Of a stretch of DNA of 64,000 nt, positions 55,107-64,000 are shown one piece after another. The translations under genes and the position numbers were made by a program. The notes beneath the pieces are model-generated. The model ran no database searches and was not told where the DNA came from. It saw only the letters and a list, made by a program, of their open reading frames with translations. This DNA comes from Macrostomum lignano (Eukaryota): NCBI GenBank assembly GCA_002269645.1, contig NIVC01000761.1:62001-126000 (forward strand). Direction: 5' to 3'. Every line of letters starts with the position of its first letter. Position 1 is the stretch's first letter.

Positions 55107-58100
55107 TCACAGCTGGTTCGGCGAGGTCGGTCCGCCGCCGCTACCGCTGCCGCTGGGATGCTGCCGGCGCTGGTCCTCCTGCCGCACCCGCTGCTGGATA
55201 ATCCGCTCAGCTTTGAGCACACTGGCCTGGGAGCCGCTAATCGTTACAACTCGATTGCGAGTGTGCGACTGATAATCGCCGCGCTTGGACACCTGAGCGA
55301 ATGGGAAATGGGATTCAAGGGCTACTCGCGCTGTTCTCCCACGGCTCAGAGCTAGTGCGCGCCATCTTGGCTTGGAGTTGACGTGAACAGGAACTCGAGA
55401 ACCTAACATCTCACCCCCTAGATCTCCAGTCTACTAGATCTTAGAATCTAGTCTCTTCTGAGTTTAGAAATACAGAATTGCACCCACTGGATCTCAGAAT
55501 CTTACCCATTAGATTCCAGAATCTCACCCTCTACATCTCAGAATCTCACCCACTTGATGCCAGAATCTCACCCACTAGATTCCAGAATCTCACCCACTAG
55601 ATTCCAGACCCTCACCTACTAGATTCCAGAATCTCACCCTCTACATCTCAGAATCTCACCCACTTGATGCCAGAATCTCACCCATTTGATTCCAGAATCT
55701 CACCCACTTGATGCCAGAATCTCACCCATTTGATTCCAGAATCTCACCCACTTTATTCCAGAATCTCACCCACTAGATTCCAGAATCTCACCCATTTGAT
55801 TCCAGAATCTCACCCACTTGATGCCAGAATCTCACCCATTTGATTCCAGAATCTCACCCACTAGATTCCAGAATCTCACCCATTAGATTCCAGAATCTCA
55901 CCCACTTGATGCCAGAATCTCACCCATTTGATTCCAGAATCTCACCCACTTGATGCCAGAATCTCAACCATTTTATTCCAGAATCTCACCCACTTTATTC
56001 CAGAATCTCACCCACTAGATTCCAGAATCTCACCTACTAGATTTCAGAATCTCACTCACTGGATTCCAGAATCTCACCCATTAGATTCGAGAATCTCACC
56101 CACTAGATTCCAGAATCTCACCCCTAGATTCCAGAATCTCACCTACTATAGATTTCAGAATCTCACCCTCTACATCTCAGAATCTCACCCACTTGATGCC
56201 AGAATCTCACCCATTAGATTTCAGAATCTCAACCACTTGATTCCAGAATTACACTCACTGGATTCCAGAATCTCACCCACTTGATGCCAGAATCTCAACC
56301 ATTTTATTCCAGAATCTCACCCACTTTATTCCAGAATCTCACCCACTAGATTCCAGAATCTCACCCACTAGATTCCAGAATCTCACCCACTAGATTCCAG
56401 AATCTCACCCACTAGATTCCAGAATCTCACCCACTAGATTCCAGAATCTCACCCACTAGATTCCAGAATCTCACCCACTTTATTCCAGAATCTCACCCAC
56501 TAGATTCCAGAATCTCACCTACTAGATTTCAGAATCTCACCCTCTACATCTCAGAATCTCACCCACTTGATGCCAGAATCTCACCCATTAGATTTCAGAA
56601 TCTCAACCACTTGATTCCAGAATTTCACTCACTGGATTCCAGAATCTCACCCATTAGATTCGAAAATCTCGACCACTAGATTCCAGAATCTCACCCCTAG
56701 ATTCCAGAATCTCACCCCTAGATTCCAGAATCTCACCCCTAGATTCCAGAATCTCACCCCTAGATTCCAGAATCTCACCCCTAGATTCCAGAATCTCACC
56801 CACTAGATTCCAGAATCTCATCCACTTGATGCCAGAATCTTACCCACTAGATTCCAGAATCTCACTCATTAGATTCGAGAATCTCACCTACTAGATTCCA
56901 GAATCTCACCTACTAGATTCCAGAATCTCACCCCTAGATTCCAGAATCTCACCCCTAGATTCCAGAATCTCACCCACTAGATTCCAGAATCTAACCCACT
57001 TGATGCCAGAATCTCACCCACTTGATGCCAGAATCTCACCCACTATAATCCAGAATCTCATCCACTTGATGCCAGAATCTCACCCACTAGATTCCAGAAT
57101 CTCACCCACTAGATTCCCGTATGTTGCAGCAGCCAACTCACTTGAATATTAGTCTGAGTGGTGCTCTGCAGCTCCGCGATATCCTTCCCACCGGGTCCGA
57201 TGATAACCCGACTAGGGCTTCGGGAATCTCAAGGTCGCGCTTGCACTGGGCTGTCGAGTCCCACGCCTGGCCGCCGCCAGCAGCAGTCGAGGACACGACA
57301 GTAACGGGCGGCGGCAGCCCCGCATTGGCGGAATAAACGAAGGCGTCCCCGCCCGGCAGACCACCCGCGGCGCCGCCGCCAAACGGCGCTCCGACGCCGA
57401 AATCTGCGCCAGCGGCGGCCGCGGCGGCGGCGGCTGCTGCAGCGGCTGCGGAAGGATCGGCAGACAGCGGCATCAGAGCCGACAGCGAGCCGTGCGACAA
57501 GTTGAAGGACGAGTGAGGCGACTGCAACAGCGACATGGCGCCTCCGCCAGCGCCGCCGCCGCCCGGAGGTCCAGGAGAGATGATGGCCTGCGGAGGAGGC
57601 GGCGGCGGAGGTGCTGGCGGAGCAGCCTGAGGAGTCTGCGCTCCCAGTGACTGCAGATTGAAGAAGCCATAACTAGCCAGCGTGAGCATAGCGCTAATAA
57701 TATCCTCAGCCGCTGAGTCTGAATATCCACTCTGCCTCAGCGAGGCTCGCAGAGTGTCCAGCGAGATGGAACCGGCCGAACCGAACGAGCAGGCCGAGTT
57801 CTGAGACGAGTTCAGACTGAGCGGCGCCCCACCACCGCTGCCGCCTCCAACGCCCAGCTGCAGGTCAAAGCCGCTGCCTCCGCTGGCTCCCTGTGGAGAG
57901 GAGGCCGCGCTGCCGAGGCCGCTGCCGCCCTGGACGAGCGCGTACGGACTGCCAGTGGGGTAGGCACTGGCCACCGGGCCTGTGATGTTCGAATAGCTGA
58001 TGTTCGGACAGCTGGCCGACTGTGGGTCCTCGGCGATCTTGGCCAGGATCATGGCGGCCGCGGCACGGTTCTGATCGGGATCGCCTGCCACAGTGACGCA

Positions 58101-59644
58101 GCGCTCCGACAGGGCCTGCTCCTTCGGCTTCTGCGAGATCTGCACGTAGGCACCGCTGGAGTCCATGATCTCCTTGATGAATGCGCCCTTCTTCCCGATG
58201 ATCATGCCAGCTGTGCTGTTGGGTACCAGGATCTTCAACTGCGGCGGGTTCGGGGGTGTTTAATGTACTTCTGAGGTGTGCATTGTACAATGTACTTCTG
58301 AGGTGTGCATTGTGCAATGTACTTCTGGGGTGTGCAATGTACTTCTGAGATGCACAATGTACTTCTGAGATGCACAGTGTACTTCTGAGATGCACAGTGT
58401 ACTTCTGAGATGCACAGTGTACTTCTGAGATGCACAGTGTACTTCTGAGGTGCACAGTGAAGAAAAGAACGACTGTGGGAATAATAATTAACGATAGAAA
58501 ATCCATACATACGATTCAGCAAAGAGTGCGCATGTTTCTCAATCTCACCTGTCTATGCCGTTCTACATTGAGTTTGCCGTCCCCAGTCAGTTTGGGACTC
58601 GGGTCGGGCTTCTCCAATACCCGATCCATGATGTAGTGGCACACTCCCGTGATGGCCTCTACAGCGCCCTGGATTAGGCAGATTCGCTCCGTGGTTCCTA
58701 AAAAAACAGGTGTGAGAATATATAGAATAGAAACTCCCAGATCCCATTGGATTCAAATCCCAGATCCCATTGGATTCAAATCCCAGATTATATTGGATTC
58801 AAATCCCAGATCCCATTGGATTCAAATCCCAAATCCCATTGGATTCAAATCCCAGATCCCATTGGATTCAAATCCCAGATTCCATTGGATTCAAATTCCA
58901 GATTCCATTGGATTCAAATTCCAGATACCATTGGATTCAAATCCCAGATACCATTGGATTCAAACCCCAGATACATTGAATTCAAATCCCAGATCCCATT
59001 GGATTCAAATCCCAGATCCCATTGGATTCAAATCCCAGATCTCATTGAATTCAAATCCCAGATCCCATTGGATTCAAATCCCAGATTACATTGGATTCAA
59101 ATCCCAGATCCCATTGGATTCAAATCCCAGATCCCATTAGATTCAAATCCCAAATACCATTGGATTCAAATCCCAGATACCATTGGATTCAAATCCCAGA
59201 TACCATTGGATTCAAACCCCAGATACATTGAATTCAAATCCCAGATCCCATTGGATTCAAATCCCAGATCCCATTGGATTCAAATCCCAGATCCCATTGG
59301 ATTCAAACCTCAGATCCCATTGAATTCAAATACCAGATCCCATTGGATTCAAATCCCAGATACCATTGGATTCAAATCCCAGATCCCATTGGATTCAAAT
59401 CCCAGATACCATTGGATTCAAATCCCAGATTCCATTTTAAAGATTAACATATTTATCAGAAAATGCTAAACAAAGAATACAAACAAATGCATGTTCTACT
59501 CACCTGGATAGCAATCATTAACCTTAGACATTTTAACCTTGGCCCCATAGTCTTTTTGCACCTGGGCCAGAGCTTCTCCACCCTTGCCAATGATAGCACC
59601 AGCAGCAATCGATGGTATTAGAACTTTGAGGTGCACATTGTCAT
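55107..59644 (-). CDS. NOVA: Nova/pasilla-family KH-domain splicing regulator (5' exon not securely located; 1-bp frameshift in KH3)
   Basis: Exons 59644-59504 ([18 protein letters not shown]...CYPG), 58697-58549 ([10 protein letters not shown]...), 58238-57142 ([18 protein letters not shown], Ala/Gly linker, start of KH3) and 55292-55107 ([20 protein letters not shown]...*). Phases 1,0,0 are consistent once one base is added at 57207-57209. Confidence 0.92.
55480..57118. repeat. 22-bp minisatellite GATTCCAGAATCTCACCCACTA
   Basis: Fills the last Nova intron. Confidence 0.96.
58262..58458. repeat. 20-bp minisatellite GTACTTCTGAGATGCACAGT
   Basis: Nova intron array. Confidence 0.9.
58735..59432. 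repeat. 23-bp minisatellite CCCAGATCCCATTGGATTCAAAT
   Basis: Nova intron array. Confidence 0.95.
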
Positions 59645-62338
59645 CTAAGATGATGTGGGGAAAAGGTTGATGGAGTTTATTGATGGTGAAATAAAGTCTA
59701 TACATTAATATTTTAATAAATGACTATTGCTTTCTAAGATAGCGATTCCTAGAAAATTTTGAAGACTCAAAGATAAAGTATTTGATTAAAAAATTTTCAA
59801 TTTTCATTTCTTGAGAAAGATTACAATCTAATGATATTGGCTAAATTTATACCCTATTGGAATAGAATCACCAAAACCTGCAGATGCCACACAGGGGTAC
59901 TTCAAAGGGCTGTGCCTGCGTAGCCCTATTGGCTATTGGAATAAGTGGCTTGAACACTCCTGTGCAAGACTTAAAAGAGTTAAGTTACTTATATACATGC
60001 ACACATATGAACTAGGTAAATGGCTGGAGTAAATCTGCCTATGCCTATGCCTATCAAGTTTCTCAGGCATGCTAGACAGTGTTTGCAAAATGAAGTCTTA
60101 TTCCAATAGGGGATATATTGAATATACTTAGTGTACTTATATACTTTTTGGGTAATATTGCAATGATTATAAATAAAACACTAGCAATTAAATGTTTTGA
60201 CAAAAACTTTTTAATTGTATTTTAATATAATCTCAAATAAAATATTAATAATAAATATACTTTAAATACCTTCCTATTAATATTTTATTACTAACTAATT
60301 GGCTTTCAAGTTTTAAATGAATAGTTTTCTTTTTTAATTTTATACTTACTAGTAAAAGTATTTTATATATTAATTTTACTTGTATATGCCTAAAAATTTG
60401 GGCATGCATTAGCCTTGCATGCCAAAGGTAGGCATGCATAGTTGGTGCCTAAGAAAAGTGTGTGTGTATACCTGGCATGCATCTTAATAGGTTTTTTGGC
60501 TTTATGCAACTCAAAAAAGGTCATTTATTATTGCAATATAAAAAGGTCATTTATTATTACATTGAAAAAAGGTCATTTATTCAAAATATTGTTGCAATAC
60601 TAATATAGATTTGAGAGTATAAATATGCACTCAATTTTTTATGTGCATAATTATTTAATTTTTGTATGAGCATACACATATCATGATCTAGACCATAGTC
60701 CGGAAAATGGCCTTTATGCCGGGATTTTCCGGCATATTTTTGGTCTCATTAACAATCTTGTTATACACTTGGCATATAGAATTTTCAGGTTTGACATGAA
60801 GTGTACACAGTTGGCATACAAAAATAGCCAAGTTTCATGTCAATAGCTAAAAAATGTATGTACAGTGAATTTAACAAACAATTCTGCAGGATAGTCTATT
60901 TTTTTGTATTGGCATAAAAACCCAGCATACAAAACAAGGTCTCATCATTTTTCCAGTATTAAACCCAGCAAACACTAACACACAATTCAAACTATGGGAT
61001 AGGGTAGGGCCTCATTTCTCTATATTGTCATTGGCTAAAAATAAAGCAAAAAATGCATTAGGCCCTAGCTATTAATGAAGTCTATTTAGGAAAAAATTGA
61101 AGATACTGTATTTTCTATGTTATTGTTCAGTCATTAACAGATAAGGCCTAATGCTTATTAATGATTTTTAATTAACTTCTAGTCAACTTAAATTAAGTTA
61201 CATAAAGAGTTACCGAATAAGTTAAGATTTAAAAAAATAATATTACTAACGAAGAAGTTTTTTTATTTGAATTAAAAATTGTCAAATTAGAGTTATAATG
61301 AAATAAAAAAACTTATAAGTTAGGTTTTAGAAGTAAACCTAAAGAAAAAATAGAAGTAACTAGATTGCTTTTAAAATATCACTTACACTGTGACTGTGCA
61401 CTTCTCCTTGGGACATTTTCACTATCTGAGTCCATAATCAGGCCATTTGCTAATGAATATACTGCGCAAAAGCTAAGCTAATTTCTACTTTAAAAGTAAC
61501 TAACAACTACAAAGCTATAGCTAGTGCTGTAAGTGTAAAGGTTTAGTCTAGCAATAGGCCCAAGAAATTCTTAATCAAAATAAAGAAGGTACTTCTTGAT
61601 ACTAATAACAATGCTAAAGCAGTAATTATGGCGTGCAGTAATGAGAGCAATGAAGTGTCTATTACAAATGTTTTAGATGAAGTATGAAACGAAAACTCAT
61701 AAGTACTGGCAATCTATTTCATTATAGTTAGGGAAAGAGCCGGATTTTAAGTTTAATCATCGAACGAATCATAAATTTTCATCAAAAGTAATTTGAGTTA
61801 TTGAAAAGAAAAATCAGGGAAATAAAGCCATTGTTTTAAAAAAAAACTTATCTTAAGAAAATGTTTTTTCCATGTTAATTTTGTACAACTTTCTAAAGAA
61901 ACGACTGAGAAAACAATAAATGTGTTTTCTTTTGTTTAGTGCTTTACAAAAGCAAGCCGCTAGCGAAATTGATGCTCGCAGTTTTATTTGTATTACTTAA
62001 AAATACTTAAGCCGTCCTTGCGTAGAATGATTATTTTAAGTTTTGCTTAGTTTACTCGTAAGTCGTAACAGTAGCTGTTTTGCGGCAACACTTTTGAATT
62101 CCATTTTGGCATTACGATCATCTTGTCTACGAGGTTTGACCTGAAACCATTTATTCCTACCGTGGTCCCGGTTGAATCTAAATGAAGAATAATTTTAATG
62201 AGCTGATAATAATAAAATCTAATTTTGTTGGTGGGCGCCCCTTATTTTGGTGGCGCTTCTGTCTCTTAGGTTTTGTTCCAGTCAATTGAGACTTGAGAGT
62301 TTTGGAGGAGTGAATTTTGTGGTCGGCGATCGATTTAC

Positions 62339-62381
62339 CCGCTCCCCGGGCCTGCCTTCGCCACACTGGACTTTGGGCCAT
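62339..62381 (-). CDS. Candidate first coding exon of Nova (MAQSPVWRRQARGA)
   Basis: ATG at 62381 and a phase-1 GTAAAT donor after 62339, compatible with the acceptor at 59644. No recognisable Nova homology. Confidence 0.2.
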
Positions 62382-63191
62382 TATACATGCACATATAGCA
62401 TCAAGCTAAACTTCATCAATCATCAGATACATTATATGTATGTTACATGTTACATGTTACAACAGGGTGTCACAACATCATTTATGCATGCCAAATCAGT
62501 TGATTCAAATCCAATGCAGCATTTTCTAACGATACATATTCATACCATGTAGTGTATTTCGCATATTGGTTCATATTGGTGAACACGGAATTTCTATATG
62601 CATTAATTCCCCCCCCCCACGTTTGCAATACATGTACACATGTTTTCTGACACACTCTTGACTCTTCACATCAATTCTCTCTGCATGGAAGCATACTTGT
62701 ACGCGACTCCATTTCTCCTCTCCTAGCCCATATGCAGTAATGGGAGAATTCAGGCAGCAAACAATTAGAAATCCTAATATTAAAAGCATTATGCATGATG
62801 CTGCAGGTATCTGCTACTCCTCATGCTTAACCATCGATCATCAACCCCTGTCCATCCGGAGCCAATGGCTGATGGCTTTTCAACTCTGCGCGCATTGCGC
62901 TATTGTATATTCCCCTCTCTCCCTGCGGTAGCAATGTTCCTGACAGACACTCCTCTAACCTCCCCACCACAGCGCGTCTGCAGTCAACCATTTTTTTCTA
63001 TATTTATGCAGCAACTTGCAGGAACTTCTCTATTTTTAAAGCTTCTTTCAGGCTTGCCTGAAGCGCGCTCTGTTTCAAAGCGCGTCTTCTGTGTTGTAGA
63101 TTCCTGCTGTACTAGGCTGAAAATTCACCCAGATTAAGCTTTAGATTTAGAAGCAACCAGCCGTATAGCAAAAACCCTTGGTACCAGACCC

Positions 63192-64000
63192 GTACCCGTA
63201 GCATCTCAGACCCGTAGCATCTCAGACCCGTAGCATCTCAGACCCGTAGCATCTCAGACCCGTAGCATCTCAGACCCGTAGCATCTCAGACCCGTAGCAT
63301 CTCAGACCCGTAGCATCTCAGACCCGTAGCATCTCAGACCCGTAGCATCTCAGACCCGTAGCATCTCAGACCCGTAGCATCTCAGACCCGTAGCATCTCA
63401 GACCCGTAGCATCTCAGACCCGTAGCATCTCAGACCCGTAGCATCTCAGACCCGTAGCATCTCAGACCCGTAGCATCTCAGACCCGTAGCATCTCAGACC
63501 CGTAGCATCTCAGACCCGTAGCATCTCAGACCCGTAGCATCTCAGACCCGTAGCATCTCAGACCCGTAGCATCTCAGACCCGTAGCATCTCAGACCCGTA
63601 GCATCTCAGACCCGTAGCATCTCAGACCCGTAGCATCTCAGACCCGTAGCATCTCAGACCCGTAGCATCTCAGACCCGTAGCATCTCAGACCCGTAGCAT
63701 CTCAGACCCGTAGCATCTCAGACCTGTAGCATCTCAGACCCGTAGCATCTCAGACCCGCCCGTAGCATCTCAGACCCGTAGCATCTCAGACCCGTAGCAT
63801 CTCAGATCTGTAGCATCTCAGACCCGTAGCATCTCAGACCCGTAGCATCTCAGACCCGTAGCATCTCAGACCCGTAGCATCTCAGACCCACCCGTAGCAT
63901 CTCAGACCCACCCGTAGCATCTCAGACCCGTAGCATCTCAGACCCGTAGCATCTCAGACCCGTAGCATCTCAGACCCGTAGCATCTCAGACCCGTAGCAT
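63192..64000. repeat. Homogeneous 16-bp satellite GACCCGTAGCATCTCA running off the window end
   Basis: About 50 near-identical units. Confidence 0.98.

Noticed and set aside
55480-59432. Dense YCAY motifs (TCACCCAC, CCAT) in Nova intronic arrays suggesting autoregulation
   Set aside because: They are on the + strand, while Nova is transcribed from the - strand, so its pre-mRNA does not contain them.

Overview
Eukaryotic (animal) genomic DNA with GC-rich exons separated by AT-rich DNA packed with micro- and minisatellites. This style resembles the flatworm Macrostomum, which is an inference only. Four spliced protein-coding genes could be reconstructed by hand with phase-consistent GT/AG junctions. 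(1) An adhesion GPCR on + (7817-22386; HormR-like exon, GAIN/GPS, 7TM, PDZ-type tail) that appears to have two alternative, mutually homologous N-terminal modules, each with signal peptide, Cys-rich lectin-like domain and Thr-rich stalk. (2) A CAP/SCP-EGF-EGF protein with a polybasic site and GPI-like tail on - (27767-32048); its promoter, carrying a perfect RFX X-box, and its first exon are tandemly duplicated as a 1.9 kb unit. (3) A Scratch-type zinc-finger gene on + (43922-46758) with only four fingers and an orphan SNAG-like MPKAFL* upstream. (4) A Nova/pasilla KH gene on - (55107-59644) with a 1-bp frameshift in KH3. Mobile elements: a decayed mariner with a nested 9-bp-TSD foldback element, a 2.1 kb MULE-like element, an hAT-like element carrying a minisatellite, and a tRNA-derived SINE-like repeat. 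Most long ORFs in the supplied track are artefacts of tandem repeats. No rRNA, intact tRNA or CRISPR was seen.
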